Shown here: in pieces, positions 9,478 to 18,248 of the stretch | Layout of the letters: each line of letters starts with the position of its first letter | How positions within the stretch are numbered: position 1 is the first letter of the stretch | From: a virus | Taxonomy: Duplodnaviria; Heunggongvirae; Uroviricota; Caudoviricetes | Length of the DNA stretch: 32,641 nt | IMG/VR virus record: IMGVR_UViG_2671180283_000027 | Direction: 5' to 3' (one strand) | The notes under the pieces: generated by a model | The model's input: only the letters and a program-made list of their open reading frames with translations | Told to the model about the DNA's origin: nothing | The model's database searches: none | Position numbers and translations under genes: made by a program

Positions 9478-10083
9478 TCAAATTGAGGGCGGCTCAGGTA
9501 GTATCGCAGTTGGAAAATCTGAGGGTTTAATGGCATTCAGCGCATCAATATAATCAAGCCACAGGTTAAACTTGCTTGTTTCTGTTTCGCTCATTCGATT
9601 GAGTTGTAACTTTGAAGGCCAGTTATTTTTATTAATGACCGCATTAGCCTCATCAATCAGCGCCTGAATTTTCATTTCAAATGCCTGAACGTCAGCAACT
9701 CTTTTTGCATCGATATCCGTTATCCACTCAGTACCATTCCAGACATCAAATTGAGTTTCTGGCGCAATTGTGGTGGTATTTTCTGGAAGCTCTCCTAAAA
9801 ACCGAACAGTGATTTTCTCCCCTGTATCAGTTTTATAAACTTCTGCTTCACGGTGATCTTCAACATACTCCCAGCCGTTCAGATCTTCATTACGACAAAT
9901 AGCAAAGCCAGCCTTGAATTTGCCGGGTTTATCAGTACAGGAATGGGCAGGCACGCCCACGCCTTCTGCAAGATATTCAACGGTTGATGACAGGTACTCA
10001 CGGGTGATGGCATCATAGTTATAAACAGTGATTTCACCTGCCGATGATGCGATCCCATATGTATTCAAAATAGCTTCACTCAT
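9478..10083 (-). CDS. G: Tail fibre assembly chaperone (gpG/Tfa-like, ~201 aa)
   Basis: Directly downstream of H; C-terminal region typical of Tfa proteins; start refined to the ATG at 10083 with an AAGGA ribosome-binding site (the ORF track starts at an upstream GTG). Confidence 0.8.
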   Translation of the reverse strand: MSEAILNTYGIASSAGEITVYNYDAITREYLSSTVEYLAEGVGVPAHSCTDKPGKFKAGFAICRNEDLNGWEYVEDHREAEVYKTDTGEKITVRFLGELPENTTTIAPETQFDVWNGTEWITDIDAKRVADVQAFEMKIQALIDEANAVINKNNWPSKLQLNRMSETETSKFNLWLDYIDALNAIKPSDFPTAILPEPPSI

Positions 10084-10155
10084 TCTCTTATCCTTCGTGC
10101 TGGGGCAAGATTCTACTATACTGAGCGTCCTCACTTATTCTTGATATTGATGTTG

Positions 10156-11475
10156 TTACATAGCCCTCACAATGTAATTAAATGACAGGTTACGTGGGCG
10201 GTTTTCATTTGCAGTTGGAACCATCAAGGAAGCATCAAAAAAAAGCGCAGCAAATCTATCGTCTGTCGCTCCAATAGCAACATCTACTTGAGCGGCATAC
10301 GATCCAAACTCACCGTCAGTGCGGAAAGCACCTGTTGCCCCTGCATTAAAAAGCCTTGCTGATGTAGCTGCATTTCGTCCCTGAACCCCACCAGTGATAT
10401 TTCTAATAGCATCACCCTGCTGAGCTAATATGATTCTCCCTGCATCCACTCCCCGCCCATCATCCCAACCGCGAATAAACTCGCCGCGTAAGTCGGGTAA
10501 TACGCCAGCCGGATAAACTGCACCTAATTTCGGATATATGTTTTTATCAAAGGGTGCACCGTTATATTTAAGCCATCCCTGTGGTGGGTTCGGGAGGGGC
10601 CACGGCACCGGTACGCCCACCGGCAGTGCCGAACCTTCTCCCAAACCAAGGTATGCGAGAAGACCGGCAACATCCTTTCCACTCAAATGAGTCAGCGTCT
10701 CATCCAGTGGCTGCTTACCTGACAGCGCATTGTTAATGGTGGTACTGAATTTCGGGTCATTGTTAATGGCTGCGGCAATTTCTTTCAGTGTGTCCAGCGT
10801 GGCTGGCGCACCGTTAATCAGAGCGGTAATAGCGGCCTGAACAAACTCAGTGGTCGCAATCCGCGTGGTGTTATTTCCTGCGGCAGGCGTCGGCGCTTTT
10901 GGTTCTCCGGTAAATGTCGGATTATGTTTCTGTGCATACTGGGTATGAGGATCCTGTGCGGCAATGTGGTTTCTCATCTGGTCATCCACATACAGCCTTA
11001 ATTCCAGGACTTCATCATCCACGTATTTACGGGTCGCCAGTACCACCGACGGGTCGATTTTCAGCGTAATAGCTTCGGTATTCGTGACAACCAGAATCAT
11101 GCGGATAGTCTGGGTACGACCACTGCCTTCCTGCAACTGCGGTTTGTACGTTTCCGGGCAGTTCGCCACCGCAATGAGTACGCCTTCATCATCATAAAGC
11201 CCAATCTCACGGATCCAGAATCCGCCCTCGTTCTCAGGGATGATTTGCTCCGCAATAATCTGGCTCTGGTTGTTCGGGTCAACACTCAGAAGATTCAGTG
11301 GCGCGATGCGTTTCTGGTTAATCAGTTTTGTCTGTGCCGGGTCTGGTGTCGGCAAGACACCATTCGCATCACCAACGGCCATTTGCGTCAGATTCAGCTT
11401 ACTGCCGAGCATCGTCGCGTTAGCCAGCCGTGCTGCGCCCTGATTAGTCAGAATGGCGTAGTATTTCACTGTCAT
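10156..11475 (-). CDS. H: Tail fibre protein gpH (439 aa) with an invertible C-terminal region
   Basis: N-terminus recognisably similar to P2 gpH; downstream of I; C-terminal third lies inside the invertible segment. Confidence 0.85.
   Translation of the reverse strand: MTVKYYAILTNQGAARLANATMLGSKLNLTQMAVGDANGVLPTPDPAQTKLINQKRIAPLNLLSVDPNNQSQIIAEQIIPENEGGFWIREIGLYDDEGVLIAVANCPETYKPQLQEGSGRTQTIRMILVVTNTEAITLKIDPSVVLATRKYVDDEVLELRLYVDDQMRNHIAAQDPHTQYAQKHNPTFTGEPKAPTPAAGNNTTRIATTEFVQAAITALINGAPATLDTLKEIAAAINNDPKFSTTINNALSGKQPLDETLTHLSGKDVAGLLAYLGLGEGSALPVGVPVPWPLPNPPQGWLKYNGAPFDKNIYPKLGAVYPAGVLPDLRGEFIRGWDDGRGVDAGRIILAQQGDAIRNITGGVQGRNAATSARLFNAGATGAFRTDGEFGSYAAQVDVAIGATDDRFAALFFDASLMVPTANENRPRNLSFNYIVRAM
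10395..10661 (-). repeat. Inverted repeat arm B (~265 bp), within the 3' third of gene H
   Basis: Reverse complement matches 8946-9213 with a few mismatches. Confidence 0.85.
10636..10661. other. Invertase crossover site inside the tail fibre gene H
   Basis: TTCTCCCAAACC-AA-GGTATGCGAGAA: half-sites match 10 of 12; identical central dinucleotide to the site at 8946-8971. Confidence 0.65.
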
Positions 11476-12083
11476 GCGTTTACTCTCAGGTTATCAATTA
11501 AATGAATGGCCGAGGCCGGGAAATAATCCCCTCCGACAATAATGGCCTCCGGGGTGTAGGGATAAACCGTCAGGGCGTCACCGTGATAGCATCCCGCACC
11601 GGCAAAAATGTTGCCGGTTGTACTTAAACTGATAGCCAGTCCCGTCAGATGGCGGCTTGCCGGTTTTGCATCAGCAACGAGACGCTCCAGCTCCTGATAC
11701 ATTTCTTCGGTAATACCCTGCTCAAGCACGCCAACAACGATACGGAACGTCCCCGGCTCCTCGTTGAGCTGCCACCACTCCCTCACCTCAATCAGATAGC
11801 CGAGCGGCTCCACCACACGGCGAATCGCACCAATAGTGCCCTTATGGCAGTGAATGAAATACGCATCGCGGATAACAGCGCGTTTTGTCGCTTCCGGCCA
11901 CTTATCATCCCAGCGGTCAACCGAAAATGACCACGCCAGCCACGGCAGCAGATTTGCCGGACAGGTATCCGGGTTCCACAGCTCACGAATACTGATCGGT
12001 GTTTTTTCAATTTCCGCACAGGCTTTTGCGGCGGCAACTTCAAGCGGTGATGAGCCGGTCGGCAGTAGTCGCGAATCACTCAT
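11472..12083 (-). CDS. I: Baseplate protein gpI
   Basis: P2 order V-W-J-I-H; stop overlaps the H start (ATGA). Confidence 0.85.
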   Translation of the reverse strand: MSDSRLLPTGSSPLEVAAAKACAEIEKTPISIRELWNPDTCPANLLPWLAWSFSVDRWDDKWPEATKRAVIRDAYFIHCHKGTIGAIRRVVEPLGYLIEVREWWQLNEEPGTFRIVVGVLEQGITEEMYQELERLVADAKPASRHLTGLAISLSTTGNIFAGAGCYHGDALTVYPYTPEAIIVGGDYFPASAIHLIDNLRVNA

Positions 12084-12984
12084 CCGAGCCTCCGGTCACG
12101 ACGCGGTATTCGGTACAGAAAGACGCCTGCGTACTGTTGAGCACGATGTCGGCCAGTGGTGCGGCCAGCTCGACACGCTGCACGCCTTCCACATGCAAAG
12201 CGGCATAAATGGCAGACAGACGGATGTCGCGCCCAAGCCGGTGCTGTGCCGTGATGTACGCTTCCAGTTTTTTCACGGCGGCAGCGCGTATGGGTTCGCT
12301 TTCGGGACCAGGGTAAAGGTAAAGCGTGGCGTTTATCTGGTATTCAACGATGGCGGCAGACTGCACGGTCACGCGGTCGGCCACCGGCCTGACGTCCTCA
12401 CCATTAAGGGCGTTACGCACCACGGCCAGCAGGTCTTCGGATGCAACACCGTTATTTTCACGTGACAGCACAGAGATGGTGACGCAGGCCGGAGACGGAC
12501 TGGTGACAGAAATATCCGCGACACGCCCGTCGGCACTGCGACCATGATACTGATAGGCACCCACCGACCCGGCGACGCTTAAACCTTCAAACGCCTGCTG
12601 AATACGCAGACGATAATCGGTGTCAGATTCCATCACTGCCGGTGTCGGCGGAATGGTCGAATCATCTGCCGGGGTGATAATCAGGCGTGTGGTGTTGTAA
12701 TTGGCACCAATCACATCAAGGTCATTACCGGCGGCACAGGCCAGCATCACCGCCCGTGCGGCCTCATTCACACGCTGACGCCAGATAAGCTCACGATAAG
12801 CATTTTCCTCCAGCAGTTTGACGAGAGGCTCGGATTCCAGCGTCAGGGTACGGGCGACCGCCTCCTGCTGGTCTTCCGGGTAAAGGGAAATCAGTGTCGC
12901 CTTGCGTTCGGCAAGAATGGTTTCAAAGTCCAGCTCCTCGACCACATCCGGTGCGGGTAGCTGGTTCAGGTCGATAATCGGCAT
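12076..12984 (-). CDS. J: Baseplate wedge protein gpJ (302 aa)
   Basis: 302 aa as in P2 gpJ; synteny. Confidence 0.9.
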   Translation of the reverse strand: MPIIDLNQLPAPDVVEELDFETILAERKATLISLYPEDQQEAVARTLTLESEPLVKLLEENAYRELIWRQRVNEAARAVMLACAAGNDLDVIGANYNTTRLIITPADDSTIPPTPAVMESDTDYRLRIQQAFEGLSVAGSVGAYQYHGRSADGRVADISVTSPSPACVTISVLSRENNGVASEDLLAVVRNALNGEDVRPVADRVTVQSAAIVEYQINATLYLYPGPESEPIRAAAVKKLEAYITAQHRLGRDIRLSAIYAALHVEGVQRVELAAPLADIVLNSTQASFCTEYRVVTGGSDE

Positions 12985-12988
12985 GGTT

Positions 12989-13336
12989 TCAACTCACAGG
13001 GATGGTTAACGAAAGTGGCTGGCCGGTGTCGTTGTGCTGGCCGGTTAACGTGACCGTCATTCGCCCGTCAAAACTGCGCTCAGTGGTGACGGATGACAGG
13101 GTGACGCGGGGTTCCCATTTCAGCACCGCCATGTAACAGGCGACCTTAATCTGCAACTCAAGCGCCGGGGTCTGCGGCTGGTCAATCATTGACGCCAGCA
13201 ACGAGCCGTAATCACGACGCATCACCCGTGAGCCGACTGGTGTGCGCAGGATATCGCCGATACTCTGGCTGATATGCTCAAGGTCAGTGACCGTCAGGCC
13301 ATCACTGCGATTCATTCCGAGATAACGCGCAGTCAT
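12989..13336 (-). CDS. W: Baseplate protein gpW (115 aa)
   Basis: 115 aa as in P2 gpW; synteny. Confidence 0.9.
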   Translation of the reverse strand: MTARYLGMNRSDGLTVTDLEHISQSIGDILRTPVGSRVMRRDYGSLLASMIDQPQTPALELQIKVACYMAVLKWEPRVTLSSVTTERSFDGRMTVTLTGQHNDTGQPLSLTIPVS

Positions 13337-13968
13337 AGAGGTCCCCCGGTTGTGCCGCCGCTGTCGCCGGGGTGTTTATGGGTATGCAGTACCTTACCGT
13401 TTGATGAGAGTTCACCGCCGGTGTGTTCAATGTTGCCGCGCATCGTCCCTCCCTTCTGCACTTCCAGCGTGCCGGTAATCAGCCTGTTGGTGCAGACCAC
13501 CTCCGGTGTGTCCAGGGTGACGCGGGTTGATGCTTTCACCATGACCACCGGCACCGTGGCAGTAACAGAATCAGAAGCCGTCACGCTGGCCGTTTTAATT
13601 CCGCTTGCCGTGAGTGCACTGGTTTCAGGTTCATACTCAATCACCGCCCCGTCAGGGAAACGGATATGCAGGGCATCCGCCGACGCAGACGGCGCGGGGT
13701 TATCGCCGGAATAAATCCCCGGCAGAACGAACGCCGTGTCGAGTTCGCCACCCACGGCCAGAATCAGCACCTGTTCCCCCACGGAAGGTGCCCACCATGT
13801 GCGCGAACGCCCGGCGCGATGGGTCAGCCACTGAAGCCAGTCGGTGCACATGCCGCCGGTCTGCACACGGCAGCGACCGGCATTAAGGTCGGTTTCGACG
13901 ATAATGCCGGTGCGGATCATGTTGCGCAGTGCGCGCGCGAGTTCCTGAATATTTGCGAGAGTGTTCAT
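13333..13968 (-). CDS. V: Baseplate spike/hub protein gpV (211 aa)
   Basis: 211 aa as in P2 gpV; first gene of the V-W-J-I-H-G block. Confidence 0.9.
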   Translation of the reverse strand: MNTLANIQELARALRNMIRTGIIVETDLNAGRCRVQTGGMCTDWLQWLTHRAGRSRTWWAPSVGEQVLILAVGGELDTAFVLPGIYSGDNPAPSASADALHIRFPDGAVIEYEPETSALTASGIKTASVTASDSVTATVPVVMVKASTRVTLDTPEVVCTNRLITGTLEVQKGGTMRGNIEHTGGELSSNGKVLHTHKHPGDSGGTTGGPL

Positions 13969-14034
13969 AACGGGAAGGATGCCGCCGGGTCATACCGGCG
14001 GCAATGTGACGATGAGGTGTCAGGAATGGCACAA

Positions 14035-14487
14035 CTAACGGTCGAGGTGAGCCAGGATAATCTCTTCAATCATCTGCACATCCTCACTGGTAAAGCCGAG
14101 CAGAGGACGCGCCGGATAATCAATTTTCTTACCGTCTTTCCGGGTTTCTTCCGACAGGCCGAACTGATGCACGCTGGCGATTTTCGGTGACTTCCCGCCG
14201 TAAAATTCCATTGATGCCTGTTCCGGGCTGGCGCGGATATGCAAAAAGCGACTGGTGATAAGTTTCGCAAACATTTTTCGCTTAACACGACCGGTCTTTT
14301 TTCTGGCGCTCTGCTGCTGGCGTGGCGCGTAGGGTGTGCCGTCCGGGGCTTTCTGTGCCATCACCCGACGCTGCTGACTCTGACGCAGACGTTTCGCCAG
14401 TTCGGCACTCAGTCGTCGACGCCCTGACGGTGACAGCGACTCAATCAGTCCGGTCAGCCGGTCTTCAAAACGCTTAAACTCATTCAT
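14035..14487 (-). CDS. S: Tail completion protein gpS (150 aa)
   Basis: 150 aa as in P2 gpS; synteny. Confidence 0.85.
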   Translation of the reverse strand: MNEFKRFEDRLTGLIESLSPSGRRRLSAELAKRLRQSQQRRVMAQKAPDGTPYAPRQQQSARKKTGRVKRKMFAKLITSRFLHIRASPEQASMEFYGGKSPKIASVHQFGLSEETRKDGKKIDYPARPLLGFTSEDVQMIEEIILAHLDR

Positions 14488-14947
14488 CCCACTTGCTCAC
14501 CAGTTCGCCATTGATATACAGCTCCATCGGGCGGGTGACCGGCTCCGGCGGCGGAGGTTCCGGAATATTCTTCACATGCAGCGCGCCGTCCACCTCTCTG
14601 ACCAGCGTGCGCTCGGTCAGCATCAGGCTGATGCTGATATCAAAGCTGCTGTCATTGTTGATGTCTGCATAAAACGTGAAGCCCTTTTTCTGGCCTGCGT
14701 CGGTGGTCATGATGTCGGGCTGATTTTCCCGCAGCCACGCCAGCACCGGCACGATGAGCAGGTCAAAATCACCGGTAAAGTCGGTCACAATCACATTGAG
14801 CGTGTAACGCTTTTCGAATGACAGCGACGCCGCCAGTGTGGAGGCAATACTCCCGTTATCCACGAATATCCGCAGCATCTCGGGACTGGTTTTCAACACC
14901 GTGACGGCATCAGTCAGCGCCCTGCGCAGGCTGTCGGGTTTGAGCAT
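14480..14947 (-). CDS. R: Tail completion protein gpR (155 aa)
   Basis: 155 aa as in P2 gpR; synteny. Confidence 0.85.
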   Translation of the reverse strand: MLKPDSLRRALTDAVTVLKTSPEMLRIFVDNGSIASTLAASLSFEKRYTLNVIVTDFTGDFDLLIVPVLAWLRENQPDIMTTDAGQKKGFTFYADINNDSSFDISISLMLTERTLVREVDGALHVKNIPEPPPPEPVTRPMELYINGELVSKWDE

Positions 14948-15200
14948 CGTTTTCGTCCTGACAGTGTTTAATCATTTTTACCTGGCTGGCACAGCGCGCC
15001 AGCGCGTTCTCAAGCTGCCGGATATCGGCACTTAAATCGCCGTTCGTCTGCGGGTCACTGCCCGGCATCGGGCAAAGGCTCACTTTCGGGCAGGCGTTGT
15101 GGACAATCACTGGCGTCGGTGCAGGCGGGGCGCTGGTGCAACCGGCGCACAGCATCAGGCAGGTCAGCGCCGTACCAGCGGCGAAAATCTTCGTTTTCAT
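14910..15200 (-). CDS. lysC: LysC, Rz1-like outer-membrane lipoprotein spanin (96 aa), out of frame within lysB and overlapping R
   Basis: Internal ATG at 15200 opens MKTKIFAAGTALTCLMLCAGC, a lipoprotein signal peptide with lipobox, followed by a Pro-rich segment; 96 aa as recalled for P2 LysC. Confidence 0.75.
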   Translation of the reverse strand: MKTKIFAAGTALTCLMLCAGCTSAPPAPTPVIVHNACPKVSLCPMPGSDPQTNGDLSADIRQLENALARCASQVKMIKHCQDENDAQTRQPAQGAD

Positions 15201-15480
15201 TGAGTAACCTCGTGATGGTTTTCTCGCGCTGTGCTTCACGCTTCGCGGCGTTCTCCAGTTCCTGACGCAGTGCCACCTGCGCCAGCTCGTTTTTGTCTGC
15301 CCCGGTGATGGCAACATGAAGCTGATTTTTCAGCATGGTGATGGTCGTCTGCTGCCCGCTGGCGACGCTGTTCGCCCTGTCCAGTGAGGTGCGCAGGCTG
15401 GCGTTTTCATGCTTCGCCAGAAACAGCCCCGCCACCGCCAGTGATAACAACACAACCAGCACAATCATCAGCTTTGACAT
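15055..15480 (-). CDS. lysB: LysB, Rz-like inner-membrane spanin (141 aa)
   Basis: N-terminal transmembrane helix then a charged coiled-coil region; size and position as in P2. Confidence 0.85.
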   Translation of the reverse strand: MSKLMIVLVVLLSLAVAGLFLAKHENASLRTSLDRANSVASGQQTTITMLKNQLHVAITGADKNELAQVALRQELENAAKREAQREKTITRLLNENEDFRRWYGADLPDAVRRLHQRPACTDASDCPQRLPESEPLPDAGQ

Positions 15481-15893
15481 GGTTCCCGCCCCTCAAAACG
15501 CTGACGACAGGCCGTACGTATCAGCCGGAAGAACACCGACGCCACGAGGTAAATCAGCGCGGTAAAAATCCATCCGGCAGCGACCAGCGAGATAAACGTC
15601 GCCACCATCACCACCAGAGCCGCCGCCCGCCTGCGCCACGGCACCGGCTGTAAAAACAGCGACGTGACAATCTTCACGGCCAGCGATTCCGGCGGCAGCT
15701 CCCGTCCGTAGAGTTCCAGTACATACTCCGTGGCATACACGCCGACACCACCGGCAACCACACAGATAACCGTCGCCAGAATCGCCCAGGTGGCGACAAA
15801 ACTGACGGCCACGCTCTGCGGGTAAATCAGGGACAGTGCCAGCATCAGCGCCAGCGACACGTTCAGCATCAGTGAAAGGGATAATTTCTTCAC
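15468..15893 (-). CDS. lysA: LysA, membrane protein of the lysis cassette (141 aa)
   Basis: Multi-pass hydrophobic protein between K and lysB, as in P2. Confidence 0.8.
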   Translation of the reverse strand: MKKLSLSLMLNVSLALMLALSLIYPQSVAVSFVATWAILATVICVVAGGVGVYATEYVLELYGRELPPESLAVKIVTSLFLQPVPWRRRAAALVVMVATFISLVAAGWIFTALIYLVASVFFRLIRTACRQRFEGREPCQS

Positions 15894-15907
15894 GGTGTTT
15901 ACTCCGT

Positions 15908-16405
15908 TTAAGCCGGTACGCCGCCAGCGGTACGCCAGACGGTGACCAGTTTTTCCAGTGAATGCTCACGCTGACCGTAACCGGCACCCGGCAGGGACGC
16001 CCAGATATTGCGACAGCGTGAAATAGCGCGCTCAATGCGTCCCGCCCGGATGTCATCCAGCGCACCACGTTCGCGGATCAACTGAATGGCGAGTCTGTCC
16101 TGTGACAACGGACTGAAATCCGGCAGGGCAAGCTGTTTGCGGTAGTGCGGCCAGAACAGGTAAAGCTGCTGATAGCGACCGGAGGCCGTGGATTTTTCAC
16201 CTCGACGGTTAAACACCTTCGCCGGTCGGCCATGCGCGAACGGGTGGTCACTGTAGTCGGTGAAAATTTCCGGCTTCCCGTCCAGTCCGGTGACTATCAC
16301 GTCATAGCCCCGGTTTTTCGTCAGCGGATGATTCGCCGTCCCTTCGGACACGGCCAGCATGTCGAGAAAGGCGGCGATATTCTGATGCGTGTTAATAACC
16401 GGCAT
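15908..16405 (-). CDS. K: Endolysin gpK (165 aa)
   Basis: 165 aa as in P2 gpK; follows the holin. Confidence 0.85.
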   Translation of the reverse strand: MPVINTHQNIAAFLDMLAVSEGTANHPLTKNRGYDVIVTGLDGKPEIFTDYSDHPFAHGRPAKVFNRRGEKSTASGRYQQLYLFWPHYRKQLALPDFSPLSQDRLAIQLIRERGALDDIRAGRIERAISRCRNIWASLPGAGYGQREHSLEKLVTVWRTAGGVPA

Positions 16406-16686
16406 TACGGTTTCCCCCTGCCCTTAAAGCGGCGCTGAATGGCAATCTCAATCACCTGATAACCGGCGATACCCAGCATGGAGCCGATGCCGCACACCGC
16501 AGGCAGTGACAGGTCAGGAAACTGCACCAGAACAACACCGGCAACCATCGAGACAAAACCACCGAGCAACATGCGCCCGATAAACAGACGCGGGGTGATG
16601 GGTTCACCACCGGCAAGCACCTTGCCGACAACAATCAGCACCCCAATCATGAAAAGCGACAGGACGCTTTTTTCTTCTGCTGTCAT
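16405..16686 (-). CDS. Y: Holin gpY (93 aa)
   Basis: Small protein with hydrophobic helices; 93 aa as in P2 gpY. Confidence 0.85.
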   Translation of the reverse strand: MTAEEKSVLSLFMIGVLIVVGKVLAGGEPITPRLFIGRMLLGGFVSMVAGVVLVQFPDLSLPAVCGIGSMLGIAGYQVIEIAIQRRFKGRGKP

Positions 16687-16689
16687 GCG

Positions 16690-16893
16690 TTACTCCCACA
16701 GATTGACAGTTTCAGCCACGGGCGCGGTCTGAACGTCGGGCAGTTCGACGGCGGTGCCGTGTGGCAGCACCGCACCCAGTTCAGCCAGTCCCGGATTTGC
16801 GGCGAGCACGGTCTCAACCACGCCCTCAGTGCGCCCGTAATACCGGACACAAATGGCGTCGAGCGTGTCGCCCTGTAGCGCAAAGGTCTTCAT
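16690..16893 (-). CDS. X: Tail protein gpX (67 aa)
   Basis: Start refined to the internal ATG at 16893 (MKTFALQGDTLDAICVRYYG...), giving 67 aa; start overlaps the L stop. Confidence 0.8.
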   Translation of the reverse strand: MKTFALQGDTLDAICVRYYGRTEGVVETVLAANPGLAELGAVLPHGTAVELPDVQTAPVAETVNLWE

Positions 16894-17399
16894 CAGATTT
16901 GACTCACGATGCAGCGCGGCTTGTCCTGGATACGCGCCACCGCCCAGCGCATATCCCGCCACAGTTCATCAATGGTGCTGTCAATGCTGTCAGCCTTCTT
17001 GTCGCCTTTCGCACTGGCATCCACGCCGCGATAACGCTCATAAAGCGACGCGGTCGCCATCGCACACACGGCGCGCTCGTAGTAAAAAACTTTGATGCTT
17101 TCACCGTCGATGTCGTCCGCCGGAACGTCCGCCAGACGCGTAAAACCGGCGGCAATTTTCTGTTCGCGGTACTCGTACAGCTCCGCATTCGTCTCCGCCA
17201 TGCCTGACTTGATGGCCTCACGCAGACGGGCGGGGGCGACGGTCTGCTCAAGGCGCATACGTTCCCGGACGCGCTTCGGGTCGATATCGGGAAAAAAGAA
17301 CGTGTTTTTAATCACCGGCTCGTCGCCTGCCGGTTGCGGGATGACCACCGTACCCTCACCGGACACGGGAGCCTCCTTTCGCGGAATAATCAGCGTCAT
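16893..17399 (-). CDS. L: Head completion protein gpL (~168 aa)
   Basis: Start refined to ATG at 17399 (MTLIIPRKEAP...); position between M and X. Confidence 0.8.
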   Translation of the reverse strand: MTLIIPRKEAPVSGEGTVVIPQPAGDEPVIKNTFFFPDIDPKRVRERMRLEQTVAPARLREAIKSGMAETNAELYEYREQKIAAGFTRLADVPADDIDGESIKVFYYERAVCAMATASLYERYRGVDASAKGDKKADSIDSTIDELWRDMRWAVARIQDKPRCIVSQI

Positions 17400-17501
17400 C
17401 ACGACTACCTCTGAAAAGTCGGGCGGTGGACGCCGGTGCAGTGTCAGGTGATTCACCCTCACTGACCGGCGTGCCGCCCTGGCGCGGGGCGCATTCGGTT
17501 G

Positions 17502-18245
17502 TTAACTGGCTTTCTTTTTCGGGCGTCCACGTTTTGCCGGTGTCGCACTCCGGCTCTTACGCGGGGCGCGGGTGGCCGCTTTTGGCTGCGGCTCCGGCTT
17601 CGGTTTCAGTTCCCGCTCCAGTCGTTCAATCTCTTTTTTGACGCCTGCCTGACAGTCGAGCTGTGTCGCACGTTGCAGGTGCGCCAGCGCACCGGCGGCA
17701 TCACCAGCGTCACGCAGAAACAGACCGGTGATTTTGTTCAGCTTTGCGCGCACTTCATCAGGCATGTCTGCCGTGGCGGTCAGTGCAAGGGTCTCCGTCA
17801 GCAGGCGGGTATCCACAGACTCACCGGCAGCGTGGGCGCGCATGGCCGCGAGCGCCACCTCCTCGGTGAACATGTACGGCGGGGTGCGGCGGTGTTTACC
17901 CGGCATGGTCAGACCGTACTTCAGGGCATAACGGGCAATCTCCAGCGCACCGGCAATATCGCCGGTATCCAGACGCCACAGCATGACCGTCATCAGAATG
18001 TCATCCTGTGCACCTTTGCCCTGCTCCAGCACACCGTTCACCCACGGCAACCAGAACGGCAGCAGTTCGCGTTTTTTCGCGGCCTTCAGCTCTTTTGAAT
18101 AAATCGCTTTCAGTGTGCGCTGGTCTGCGGCCAGCTTGACCAGCATCTGCTCATAGACAGTTGCATGTCGCAGCGGGGCGGCGTCCCGCTGCGCGGTCAT
18201 CGCTGCCGAGACCCGCATCATGTGGCGCTGTGCGGGACTCATCAT
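17502..18245 (-). CDS. M: Terminase small (endonuclease) subunit gpM (247 aa)
   Basis: 247 aa as in P2 gpM; basic C-terminus; between N and L. Confidence 0.85.
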   Translation of the reverse strand: MMSPAQRHMMRVSAAMTAQRDAAPLRHATVYEQMLVKLAADQRTLKAIYSKELKAAKKRELLPFWLPWVNGVLEQGKGAQDDILMTVMLWRLDTGDIAGALEIARYALKYGLTMPGKHRRTPPYMFTEEVALAAMRAHAAGESVDTRLLTETLALTATADMPDEVRAKLNKITGLFLRDAGDAAGALAHLQRATQLDCQAGVKKEIERLERELKPKPEPQPKAATRAPRKSRSATPAKRGRPKKKAS

Positions 18246-18248
18246 CGG

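Noticed and set aside
9179-9481. 100-aa minus-strand ORF overlapping the alternative tail-fibre cassette
   Set aside because: Antisense to a frame that encodes a recognisable tail-fibre C-terminus; sequence is low-complexity
13969-14034. Ogr-type late promoter dyad (TGT-N12-ACA) upstream of V
   Set aside because: Only a partial match (TGT-N12-ACC), and its spacing to the V start codon is implausible; left uncalled
15493-16068. 191-aa minus-strand ORF overlapping lysA and K
   Set aside because: Out-of-frame overlap with two well-supported lysis genes; Arg/Gly/Ala-rich shadow ORF
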